Below, in pieces: positions 48,772-57,452 of a DNA stretch of 64,000 bases. The stretch is taken from NCBI GenBank assembly GCA_963757935.1, contig CAVWSZ010000016.1, forward strand, positions 206,321 through 270,320, in the 5' to 3' direction. The notes beneath the pieces were generated by a model that had not been told where the DNA came from, searched no databases, and was given only the letters and a program-made list of their open reading frames with translations. The translations under genes and the position numbers were made by a program. Position 1 is the stretch's first letter, and each line of letters begins with the position of its first letter. This stretch comes from an uncultured Bacteroidales bacterium (lineage in GTDB: Bacteria; Bacteroidota; Bacteroidia; Bacteroidales; VadinHA17).

Positions 48772-48779
48772 CAAACTTA
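48772..48779 (-). promoter_or_regulatory. TAnnTTTG -7 motif on the minus strand (TAAGTTTG)
   Basis: The plus strand reads CAAACTTA, 59 nt upstream of the M16 ATG at 48713. Confidence 0.3.
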
Positions 48780-48810
48780 CCAAAATTAAATGGTGCTCCT
48801 CATTTTGTCC

Positions 48811-48818
48811 TATATTTG
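48811..48818 (+). promoter_or_regulatory. TAnnTTTG -7 motif (TATATTTG)
   Basis: 35 nt upstream of the ClC ATG at 48853. Confidence 0.4.
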
Positions 48819-48852
48819 TGAGCAGGAGAGCTAAAAGGATTCCGTACAGACA

Positions 48853-50628
48853 ATGTCAGGGAGTATATTTTCAAGGTTTCAAAAGATTATAAGTTCATTT
48901 TTTGCCGACCAGCAGAAACTTCTTTACCTGCTGAGTTTTGTCGTCGGGATTGCGAGTGCAATGGCAGCCGCTGCAATGAAGAATGCAATCCATTACACTC
49001 ATCTCCTGTTTACGAAGGGCGTAACGGACGGTTCAGCGGGCATTCTTTCTCTTGTCTACCCAATGGCCGGCATTTTGCTTACGGTGCTGGTAGTGAAATA
49101 CCTGGTCCGCGACAATATTTCGCACGGCATCAGCAGGGTACTGTATGCAATTTCACGAAGGAACAGCTACATAAAACGACATAATAACTGGTCATCAATT
49201 CTCGCAAGTTCCCTTACTATCGGATTCGGAGGATCAGTGGGAGCAGAAGCGCCGATCGCCCTCACGGGTGCTTCTATCGGCTCTACGATAGGTCGTTATT
49301 TTAACCTCAATTACAAGAATATTACCCTTCTGCTTGGCTGCGGTGCCGCAGGAGCAATCTCAGGCATCTTCAAGGCCCCTATCGGAGGCATATTGTTCAC
49401 CCTTGAGGTCCTCATGCTTGACCTGACAATGTCATCAATTGTTCCCCTCCTCATTTCATCAGTTACCGCGGCTTCCGTCGCCTATTTCTTCATGGGAAAT
49501 GACGTGCTTTTCTCTTTCCAGGTGAGGGAAAGCTTCCTTCTCCGGAACCTCCCTTACTATCTTTTGCTGGGAGTTTTCAGCGGCCTGGCCGGTGCCTACT
49601 TTACGAAAATGACAATTGGCATTGAGAAGCTCTTCCAGAAGATCGGCAACATGTACGTCAGGCTGATCACGGGAGGTATTGTTCTTGGTGTCCTGATATA
49701 TATCTTCCCCTCACTCTATGGTGAGGGCTATGATACTGTAATGGTTCTGCTGAAGGGAGAATCACTCGCTGCTGTGGGCCAGACTCTCTTTGGGGATGTA
49801 GCATCAGGAACCTGGATCATTATCCTCTTCCTCACAGCGCTCGTACTTATCAAGGTGGTGGCCACTGCATCGACAAACGGTGCCGGCGGGGTGGGAGGCA
49901 TTGTGGCACCCACGCTTTTCACCGGCGGCGTGGCAGGTTATCTTTTCTGCAGCATTATGAACACTGTTTTCGGTCTTGGACTTCCCGAGAGCAGTTTCAC
50001 CCTCGCCGGCATGGCCGGTCTGTTCGCTGCAGTGTTGCATGCCCCGCTTACTGCCATATTCCTTATTGCAGAGATTACGGAAGGTTACAGTCTCTTCATA
50101 CCACTTATTGTAACATCAACTGTCGGATTCATTACAATCCGCAGCTTTCAGAAACACTCAATTTATCACCAGCAGCTTGCATCGACAGGAGAACTGATAA
50201 CGCACGACAAGGACAAGGCGGTTATAACAATGCTCGAATGGACAAAAGAGGTGGAGACCGACCTCCTGACAGTACACCCTGAGGACACCCTCGGTGACCT
50301 TGTCAGGCAGGTGGCCAAATCCAAACGTAACATCTTTCCTGTTGTTGACGAGTTCAATATTCTGGAGGGTGTGGTACTTCTTGACGACATTAGAGACAAG
50401 ATGTTTATCCCTGACCTTTATGAAAAAGTATCAGTCAGTGAACTTATGACAATACCCCCGACGTATATCGACATCCATGAGAAGGGTGACGTTGTCCTTG
50501 ATGCCTTCACACGGACAGGTGCGTGGAACCTCCCGGTGCTGGACGGCGGAGAGTATGTGGGGTTTATTTCCAAATCAAGAATCTTCGGGGCTTACAGGGA
50601 ATTGCTGAAACAGTTTTCCGAAGAATAA
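48853..50628 (+). CDS. ClC-family chloride channel/antiporter with a C-terminal CBS pair
   Basis: 591 aa with the selectivity-filter blocks GFGGSVGAEAP and GIFKAPIGG, many TM segments and a CBS-like C-terminus. Confidence 0.9.
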   Translation: MSGSIFSRFQKIISSFFADQQKLLYLLSFVVGIASAMAAAAMKNAIHYTHLLFTKGVTDGSAGILSLVYPMAGILLTVLVVKYLVRDNISHGISRVLYAISRRNSYIKRHNNWSSILASSLTIGFGGSVGAEAPIALTGASIGSTIGRYFNLNYKNITLLLGCGAAGAISGIFKAPIGGILFTLEVLMLDLTMSSIVPLLISSVTAASVAYFFMGNDVLFSFQVRESFLLRNLPYYLLLGVFSGLAGAYFTKMTIGIEKLFQKIGNMYVRLITGGIVLGVLIYIFPSLYGEGYDTVMVLLKGESLAAVGQTLFGDVASGTWIIILFLTALVLIKVVATASTNGAGGVGGIVAPTLFTGGVAGYLFCSIMNTVFGLGLPESSFTLAGMAGLFAAVLHAPLTAIFLIAEITEGYSLFIPLIVTSTVGFITIRSFQKHSIYHQQLASTGELITHDKDKAVITMLEWTKEVETDLLTVHPEDTLGDLVRQVAKSKRNIFPVVDEFNILEGVVLLDDIRDKMFIPDLYEKVSVSELMTIPPTYIDIHEKGDVVLDAFTRTGAWNLPVLDGGEYVGFISKSRIFGAYRELLKQFSEE

Positions 50629-50667
50629 AAATTTTCACAGGGCCGGATAACCTGGTACTTAATTATC

Positions 50668-50675
50668 TACATTTG
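50668..50675 (+). promoter_or_regulatory. TAnnTTTG -7 motif (TACATTTG)
   Basis: 21 nt upstream of the kup ATG at 50696. Confidence 0.4.
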
Positions 50676-50695
50676 CGGGCTCAAATTCCTGAGGT

Positions 50696-52648
50696 ATGAC
50701 TTACGACAGGTCCGACTTTCTCAAAAAACTCAGTCTTTTGGGGGTGATAATGTCCCTGGGGATAATCTACGGTGACATAGGGACCTCCCCGTTATATGTC
50801 ATGAAGGCAGTGGTTAACAATGGAGGTCCGGTTGACAGAATGCTTATACTTGGTGTCGTTTCAGCAATTATTTGGACCCTCACCCTCCAGACCACAGTTA
50901 AATATGTTTTGATAACCCTGACGGCTGACAACAAAGGTGAGGGAGGTATCTTCTCCCTGTTTGCCCTTATGCGCAAGAGAAAACGCAACCTTTATATCGT
51001 TGCTGTTATCGGTGGCAGCGCACTCCTGGCTGACAGCATCATCACACCTTCAATTACGGTTGTGTCAGCAGTTGAAGGATTGCAGATAATCAAGCCTGAC
51101 CTTCCGGTGACTGTTATTGCCCTGGCCATACTTACCTTTCTTTTCTTCATTCAGCAATTCGGTACCTCTGTCGTGGGGAAATCTTTCGGTCCTGTCATGT
51201 TTGTCTGGTTTACTGCTCTTGGCGCACTGGGTTTTGCAAGTCTTATTAAAGTCCCCGGAATGCTGGCGGCATTCAGTCCTGTTTACGCTTACAAGCTTCT
51301 TTCGGCTCATCCCCAGGGATTCATTCTCCTGGGGGCGATATTTCTTTGCACCACCGGAGCAGAGGCGTTATATGCCGACCTTGGGCACTGCGGCCTGAAG
51401 AATATCCGCGTAAGCTGGATATATGTCAAGACCATGCTCATTCTCACTTATCTGGGACAGGGTGCATGGCTGCTGGCTAATCCTGAAAAGGCAATACCGG
51501 GTATAAATCCTTTTTATGCCATTATGCCCGAATGGTTCCTGCCGTTCGGAATTTTGCTTGCAACCGTTGCGGCGATAATTGCCAGCCAGGCGCTTATAAG
51601 CGGCTCCTATACCCTTATAAGCGAAGCCATCTCCCTTAACTTCTGGCCCAAAATAAAGATAAAATACCCCTCTTTTGCCAAGGGCCAGATGTACATTCCT
51701 TCCGTTAACTGGACATTATTTCTGGCTGTGGCCACGGTGGTCATCGCTTTCCGGACTTCATCAAACATGGAGGCGGCTTACGGCCTTTCCATAACAATAA
51801 CAATGATGATGACCACCCTGCTCATGATCGCCTGGCTGCGTCTTCACCATAAATCTCTGGCTTCTGTGGCTCTCTTCGGGATTACGTACCTGACTATAGA
51901 ATCGCTTTTCCTCGCAGCCAACCTCACCAAATTCATTCACGGAGGCTGGTTCACAATTGCCACCGGCGGATTCTTATCAGTAATTATGCTCGTACTTTTC
52001 AAAGGCCGGCGCATAAAAAACAGGTTCATCAGTTTCGACAAACTGAAAAACTACCTTACTGTACTCGCAGATCTTTCACAGGATAAAACGGTCCCAAAAT
52101 ATGCAGGGCAACTTGTCTATATCACTCATGCCGACAGGTGTGATGAAATAGAGGCCAAGACAATCTGGTCGCTCTTGTTTCGCCAGCCGAAAAGGGCTGA
52201 TGCCTACTGGTTTCTCCATGTAGATATAATAGATAATCCCTATACGGCAGAGTACAGGATCACTCAGCTTGTCGCAGGTAAGGTTTACAGGATCGACCTT
52301 TACCTGGGATTCAAAGTCCCCATCAGAGTAAATGATTACTTCCTTCAGATACTTCATTCGATGAAAGAGGAGGGAGAAGTCAATCTTACAAGCAGTTACC
52401 CCTCACTCAATCAGCACGGCATTGAAACTGATTTCAGATTTGTACAGCTTGTCCGCGTCCTCCCGGGTTATATAGACCTCCCTTTCTGGGAAAAGCTGAC
52501 ACTGAACTTATATTTCATCTTTCGCCGGCTGGGCATAAATGATGTGGCTGCTTACGGTCTCGATACAACCCTTGTGACTGAAGAGAAAGTACCGCTCACA
52601 ATACCGTCAGGGATAAAACCTGTACACCTCAGACTGCGCAAAAACTGA
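50696..52648 (+). CDS. kup: KUP/HAK/KT potassium uptake transporter
   Basis: 650 aa. The N-terminal signature is GIIYGDIGTSPLYVMK, followed by 12 TM segments and a cytoplasmic C-terminal domain. Confidence 0.95.
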   Translation: MTYDRSDFLKKLSLLGVIMSLGIIYGDIGTSPLYVMKAVVNNGGPVDRMLILGVVSAIIWTLTLQTTVKYVLITLTADNKGEGGIFSLFALMRKRKRNLYIVAVIGGSALLADSIITPSITVVSAVEGLQIIKPDLPVTVIALAILTFLFFIQQFGTSVVGKSFGPVMFVWFTALGALGFASLIKVPGMLAAFSPVYAYKLLSAHPQGFILLGAIFLCTTGAEALYADLGHCGLKNIRVSWIYVKTMLILTYLGQGAWLLANPEKAIPGINPFYAIMPEWFLPFGILLATVAAIIASQALISGSYTLISEAISLNFWPKIKIKYPSFAKGQMYIPSVNWTLFLAVATVVIAFRTSSNMEAAYGLSITITMMMTTLLMIAWLRLHHKSLASVALFGITYLTIESLFLAANLTKFIHGGWFTIATGGFLSVIMLVLFKGRRIKNRFISFDKLKNYLTVLADLSQDKTVPKYAGQLVYITHADRCDEIEAKTIWSLLFRQPKRADAYWFLHVDIIDNPYTAEYRITQLVAGKVYRIDLYLGFKVPIRVNDYFLQILHSMKEEGEVNLTSSYPSLNQHGIETDFRFVQLVRVLPGYIDLPFWEKLTLNLYFIFRRLGINDVAAYGLDTTLVTEEKVPLTIPSGIKPVHLRLRKN

Positions 52649-52762
52649 TACCCGCGAAATAGTCCCGGCGGACTCCGTGCCGGTTGAATTCCGGTAACGG
52701 TTTACCGGTCGCTGATCAGAAGTGCAAAAATATATGTCATCAGAAAAATAAATATTAAAGCG

Positions 52763-52770
52763 TATATTTG
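52763..52770 (+). promoter_or_regulatory. TAnnTTTG -7 motif (TATATTTG)
   Basis: 71 nt upstream of the glyA ATG at 52841. Confidence 0.35.
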
Positions 52771-52840
52771 TGTGAATACCGTGAATCTGCAGGTAATCTA
52801 AATAATTAATGGTTAAACAGTTAATTGATTTTTTAAAATC

Positions 52841-54121
52841 ATGAAAAGAGACATTGAGATATTTGACCTCATCACTGAGGAGCGTCTTCGTCAAACCAAC
52901 GGAATAGAGTTGATAGCATCCGAGAACTTTGTAAGTCCCCAGGTCCTGGAGGCTATGGGATCAGTACTTACAAACAAGTATGCTGAAGGTTATCCGGGAC
53001 ACAGGTATTACGGGGGTTGCGAGGTGGTCGACAAGGTTGAGCAGCTTGCCATTGACAGGCTGAAGAAGCTTTTCGACGCAGAATATGCCAATGTCCAGCC
53101 ACATTCCGGAGCACAGGCCAATATGGCAGTCTTTCTGACGGTTATGAAACCGGGTGACACTTTTCTGGGCCTTGACCTTGCTCACGGAGGCCATCTGTCT
53201 CACGGTTCTCCTGTGAATTCATCAGGCATTCTGTACAGACCCGTATCTTACAGTGTCAAACAGGAAACCGGAAGGGTTGACTATGACATGATGGAAGAAG
53301 TGGCTCTCAGAGAAAAACCGAAAGTAATTGTCGGGGGCGCTTCTGCATACTCAAGGGAATGGGACTATCCGCGAATGAGAGAAATCGCAGACAGGATCGG
53401 GGCACTGCTTATGATTGACATGGCTCACCCTGCAGGTCTCATTGCCGCCGGACTTCTTTCCAACCCGTTGAAATATGCACATATTGTAACATCAACCACG
53501 CACAAAACTCTGAGGGGTCCACGCGGAGGAATCATTCTTATGGGCAGTGATTTCCCGAATCCCTGGGGGATCACAACACCGAAGGGCGAAATAAAAATGA
53601 TGTCTGCCATGCTTAATTCTGCCGTCTTCCCTGGTATTCAGGGCGGTCCGCTTGAGCATGTGATAGCCGCAAAAGCAGTCTCTTTCGGAGAAGCTCTTAT
53701 GCCTGAATTCAGGGTCTACCAGGGACAGGTAAAGAAAAATGCTGCTGAAATGGCTGCCGCATTCATGGCACTCGGATATAAGGTAATTTCAGACGGAACC
53801 GATAATCACTCGATGCTGATAGATCTCAGGCCAAAATTCCCCGATATCTCAGGCAAAAAGGCCGAGAATACTCTTGTCAGAGCCCATATAACAGTGAATA
53901 AAAACATGGTGCCCTTTGATTCACGTTCTCCGTTCCTGACATCGGGAATCAGGGTGGGAACCCCGGCTGTGACAACACGCGGACTGAAAGTAAATGAGAT
54001 GGGAACCATTGTCAGCCTTATCGACGAGGTTATGACGAACATTGAAAATGAATCGGTTATTGAAGGAGTAGGAGAGAAGGTGATGAAAATGATGAAGGAC
54101 TTACCGTTATTTTTTATGTAG
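52841..54121 (+). CDS. glyA: Serine hydroxymethyltransferase
   Basis: 426 aa with ELIASENF, and the PLP-lysine block [15 protein letters not shown]. Confidence 0.95.
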   Translation: MKRDIEIFDLITEERLRQTNGIELIASENFVSPQVLEAMGSVLTNKYAEGYPGHRYYGGCEVVDKVEQLAIDRLKKLFDAEYANVQPHSGAQANMAVFLTVMKPGDTFLGLDLAHGGHLSHGSPVNSSGILYRPVSYSVKQETGRVDYDMMEEVALREKPKVIVGGASAYSREWDYPRMREIADRIGALLMIDMAHPAGLIAAGLLSNPLKYAHIVTSTTHKTLRGPRGGIILMGSDFPNPWGITTPKGEIKMMSAMLNSAVFPGIQGGPLEHVIAAKAVSFGEALMPEFRVYQGQVKKNAAEMAAAFMALGYKVISDGTDNHSMLIDLRPKFPDISGKKAENTLVRAHITVNKNMVPFDSRSPFLTSGIRVGTPAVTTRGLKVNEMGTIVSLIDEVMTNIENESVIEGVGEKVMKMMKDLPLFFM

Positions 54122-54144
54122 TGTTCACTTTAGTTTTTGTTTTA

Positions 54145-54152
54145 TATCTTTG
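54145..54152 (+). promoter_or_regulatory. TAnnTTTG -7 motif (TATCTTTG)
   Basis: 19 nt upstream of the ATG at 54171. Confidence 0.4.
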
Positions 54153-54170
54153 AATCAAATCTCTGATCGA

Positions 54171-54557
54171 ATGCCGTTGAATGACAGACTGGTCTTTGTA
54201 GTAGATGATGATCCTTTCATCACAGCACTTGTGGCTGGCCGTCTTGGGACTGAGGGTTACCGTGTCAGGACCTTTTCCTACGGAGAGGATTGTCTTGCAG
54301 CATTACGTGAGAACCCGGACCTGATCATCCTTGATTATTACTTCGTTAGTGACAAAGGCCGTCCAATGAACGGTATGGCTGTGTTCGACGAAATTCTCAG
54401 GCTGATGCCCGACGTTAAGGTGATCATGCTCTCTGCACAGGAAAAAGGTGATGTGGTGCTCGAACTGGCGAGAAAGGGAATATCTGACTACGTCATCAAG
54501 GACAACAGCCTGATGGATAATCTTCTGGTTTCGGTTAAGGAAATCTTCGAAAAATAA
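54171..54557 (+). CDS. Stand-alone response regulator receiver domain
   Basis: The ATG at 54171 (MPLNDRLVFVVDDD...) is preferred over the TTG at 54150. CheY-like features are present: the DD pair, the phospho-acceptor D in LIILDYYF, and the K in DYVIKD. There is no output domain. Confidence 0.8.
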   Translation: MPLNDRLVFVVDDDPFITALVAGRLGTEGYRVRTFSYGEDCLAALRENPDLIILDYYFVSDKGRPMNGMAVFDEILRLMPDVKVIMLSAQEKGDVVLELARKGISDYVIKDNSLMDNLLVSVKEIFEK

Positions 54558-54568
54558 GCCGGCCCTTT

Positions 54569-55342
54569 ATGGAATGGTATCTTTATGTCGCTGTAATTGC
54601 AGCCGGCCTTTTTGCAGGTTTTGTGAATACCCTCGCCGGGAGCGGATCGCTTCTGACACTTCCACTGCTTATGTTTCTCGGGCTGCCTGCCAATGTTGCC
54701 AATGCCACCAACAGGATCGGGGTACTTGTTCAGAGTGCGGTAGGCTCCTGGAGCTTCAGGCAGCAGAAGATCTATACAGTCAGGGAAAGTCTCTGGATGG
54801 CCTTGCCTGCAACTGCCGGCTCACTGATCGGGTCACTGGCGGCGGTCCGCATCAATGAACACGCAATGCGGGTCATGATTGGCATCCTCCTTGTATTCAT
54901 GTTTTTCATTATTCTTTACAAGCCTGAGCAATGGGTCCGCGAACATGCCCTGAACATAACCGCGAGGAGGCGCTGGTGGGTATCAGTGATTTTCTTTTTC
55001 ATCGGTATTTACGGAGGGTTCATCCAGGCCGGAGTGGGATTCTTCCTGCTGGCTGCACTGGTCCTGGGAGCGGGCGTCGGCCTTACGAAGGCAAACGCAC
55101 TCAAAGTGGTGATAGTTTTTATCTTTACGGCTGTCGCACTGGCAGTCTTTATGCTCAGCGGACAGGTCGACTATTTCATTGGGGCCATACTGGCAGTAGG
55201 GCAGGGTGTAGGCGCCCTCATCGCTTCGAGGTTCGCGGTAAGCTGGGGCCCGAAGGTCGTCAGGATAATACTGCTGGTGGCTGTAATGGCCTCCGCCCTC
55301 GAACTGACAGGAGCCTTTGATCTGCTGATCAGATTATTCTGA
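54569..55342 (+). CDS. TauE/SafE-family sulfite/anion exporter
   Basis: 257 aa with 7-8 TM segments and the typical N-terminus AGFVNTLAGSGSLLTLPLLMFLGLP. Confidence 0.8.
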   Translation: MEWYLYVAVIAAGLFAGFVNTLAGSGSLLTLPLLMFLGLPANVANATNRIGVLVQSAVGSWSFRQQKIYTVRESLWMALPATAGSLIGSLAAVRINEHAMRVMIGILLVFMFFIILYKPEQWVREHALNITARRRWWVSVIFFFIGIYGGFIQAGVGFFLLAALVLGAGVGLTKANALKVVIVFIFTAVALAVFMLSGQVDYFIGAILAVGQGVGALIASRFAVSWGPKVVRIILLVAVMASALELTGAFDLLIRLF

Positions 55343-55354
55343 AATAAAAGTTTT

Positions 55355-56254
55355 CTAATTCAGCCTGAAGATGTAGGTGATGTTGCCCTTTTGCAGAAGG
55401 GGGGCATCGTCACTTCTGTTGAACTTCGCTTTCATGGCGGCATCTCGTGCTAACTTGAGGAGGTTCCCATCAAGTGTTGTTGAACCCTTGACACCGGCAT
55501 CAGCCTTGGTGACATTGCCTGACCTGTCAACAGATATTTCCACAACAACTTTACCCTCAACCTGATATTTATATTCAGGTTTAGGCAGTGACTGAAATCC
55601 CCTGCTGCCCAGACTGTATGAAATGGTCCCGTTACCCGGGCCTCCTCCGGGGCCGTAATTGGGAGCACCAACGGTGCCTGTCTCAACACCCTGGTTTCCC
55701 TCGCCACCTGCAATGCCCTCGCTGGTCCCTGACTCCCCTACATTACCGGCATTGCCAAATGCATTTTTGGTACGGTTGCTTATCTGGTCGCGCCTGCGCT
55801 GTTCTTCCTCGCGTCTGACCCTTTCAGCCGTCTCCTGTGCTATTCTTTTACGTTCAGCTTCAGCCTCTTCCTTTTTTTTTGCCTCTGCTATCCGCGCCTC
55901 AGCATCTCTTTTGAGCTGCTCGGGATCAGGCTCCTTCTTTTTCACTTCCACCGCTTCCTCAAAATCCTGCGTCAGAATGGCGTCATCTGCTCCCTGTTCA
56001 CCTGCAGAGGGTTCAGGTGGCGGAGCTATTTCTTCCTGCGGAGCAGGTTCAAAGAGACCGTCACCGGTTTCGTCAAAGCCGAAATTGACAAGAAGACCTT
56101 CCTCGACGGTCACAGACATAGCCGGCTTCACCTTGAAGGTGAAGATCAGAAGAAAGACTGCCAGGAGCAAATGTATTACAACACTTGCTGCAATTCCCTG
56201 CTTCTTTTCCCTGCTGAAAGCTGATTCTTTCCGGTTATTTGGGTGAGGTTGCAA
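55355..56254 (-). CDS. tonB: Energy transducer TonB
   Basis: 299 aa: an N-terminal TM segment, a Pro/Glu/Lys-rich spacer and a C-terminal TonB domain (YKYQVEGKVVVEISVDRSGNV...). Confidence 0.8.
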   Translation of the reverse strand: MQPHPNNRKESAFSREKKQGIAASVVIHLLLAVFLLIFTFKVKPAMSVTVEEGLLVNFGFDETGDGLFEPAPQEEIAPPPEPSAGEQGADDAILTQDFEEAVEVKKKEPDPEQLKRDAEARIAEAKKKEEAEAERKRIAQETAERVRREEEQRRRDQISNRTKNAFGNAGNVGESGTSEGIAGGEGNQGVETGTVGAPNYGPGGGPGNGTISYSLGSRGFQSLPKPEYKYQVEGKVVVEISVDRSGNVTKADAGVKGSTTLDGNLLKLARDAAMKAKFNRSDDAPLLQKGNITYIFRLN

Positions 56255-56627
56255 GAATTAGTTTGTATTGGTTCTTTGCTGCAATATTCATCACATTCAC
56301 AACATACTCAATAGGCACACTTCTGTCAGCATGAACTGAAATATAAATCTCGGGATTTGCTCCCACCTTGGCTTGCAAGGCTGCCTCCAGGTTATCAATA
56401 CTTATCAGTTGGTCCTCAATATAATACTGATGATCCGGAGTGATGGAGACGGTAGTCATGGGCCGTGCGTTTGACTGTGTTGTCCCTTTCGGTAACAACA
56501 GCTTCAGTGCAGTCGGGTGCACCAGGGTCGAGGTAAGCATGAAGAACAGCAAAAGAAGAAATACAATGTCTGACATTCCTGCCGAGCTGAAACTTATGCC
56601 AACCTTATTTTTACTGGTTATTGCCAT
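56235..56627 (-). CDS. exbD: Biopolymer transport protein ExbD
   Basis: 130 aa with a single TM segment (MSDIVFLLLLFFMLTS) and an ExbD/TolR periplasmic domain. Confidence 0.85.
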   Translation of the reverse strand: MAITSKNKVGISFSSAGMSDIVFLLLLFFMLTSTLVHPTALKLLLPKGTTQSNARPMTTVSITPDHQYYIEDQLISIDNLEAALQAKVGANPEIYISVHADRSVPIEYVVNVMNIAAKNQYKLILATSPK

Positions 56628-56633
56628 GGAGCG

Positions 56634-57314
56634 TTACTTTACAGGTTCGTTCAGGATGTCCATGAATTCCACTGCCGTGGACTGCAGTTTGAAAACTACA
56701 TTCTCGACCCTGACTACAAGGGCATTATATCCGAAATAGCTGAGGATACTTACAATAAGTCCCCATACCGTGGTGAGGAGAGCGACGTATATACCGCCGC
56801 TGAGGGTGCTTATGTCGAGACTGTTGCCTGCCTGTGACATTTCATAGAATGCCTGTACCATCCCGATGACAGTACCGAAAAAACCAAGCAAAGGGGCGGC
56901 TCCTGCAATGGTGGCCATGGTTGGAAAGTTTTTCTCGAGCTTGTAGATCTCCATTTTCCCAACATTCTCAATTGCAGATTCCACATCGGCTACCGGCCTT
57001 CCGAGACGGGTGATCCCCTTCTCGATCATCCGTGCATGAGGAGTATTGGTTGATTTGCAGAGCTTCAAAGCGGCATCCACCTTCCCGTCAAACATGTAAT
57101 CCTTAATACGGTTCATAAAATTGGAATCTACTTTTGTGGCTTTCCTGATTACCAGGAACCTCTCAACAAAAATATAGAACGCTGCAAGAGAGAGAAGGCT
57201 TATGATGTGCATGACCCAGCCGCCGGCGAAGTACAACTCAGCCAATGACATGGAAGCCTCTTTTCCAGCTGCAACAGCTGAAGTACCCTGCAAGAAAATT
57301 GTTGATAATATCAT
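56634..57314 (-). CDS. exbB: MotA/TolQ/ExbB proton channel protein
   Basis: 226 aa with 3 TM segments and the conserved block AAPLLGFFGTVIGMVQAF. Confidence 0.85.
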   Translation of the reverse strand: MILSTIFLQGTSAVAAGKEASMSLAELYFAGGWVMHIISLLSLAAFYIFVERFLVIRKATKVDSNFMNRIKDYMFDGKVDAALKLCKSTNTPHARMIEKGITRLGRPVADVESAIENVGKMEIYKLEKNFPTMATIAGAAPLLGFFGTVIGMVQAFYEMSQAGNSLDISTLSGGIYVALLTTVWGLIVSILSYFGYNALVVRVENVVFKLQSTAVEFMDILNEPVK

Positions 57315-57452
57315 ACTGTAAAAGTTTTGTTAACTGTTTGAATTTCTGTGATTGTTACCCTCTTTGCAACAACGGGCGAATATATGAAAAAAACGCGCAA
57401 ACACTCTCCGAATTATGCGGCCTGTGAAAAAAAGGGGCCTGATGTTGAAATG

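Noticed and set aside
52649-52840. A riboswitch of the ZTP or THF type upstream of glyA.
   Set aside because: I could not find the conserved cores I associate with these classes, for example the CCGCCTGGGC-type pseudoknot arm of ZTP. The GC-rich hairpins sit right after kup and are better explained as its terminator.
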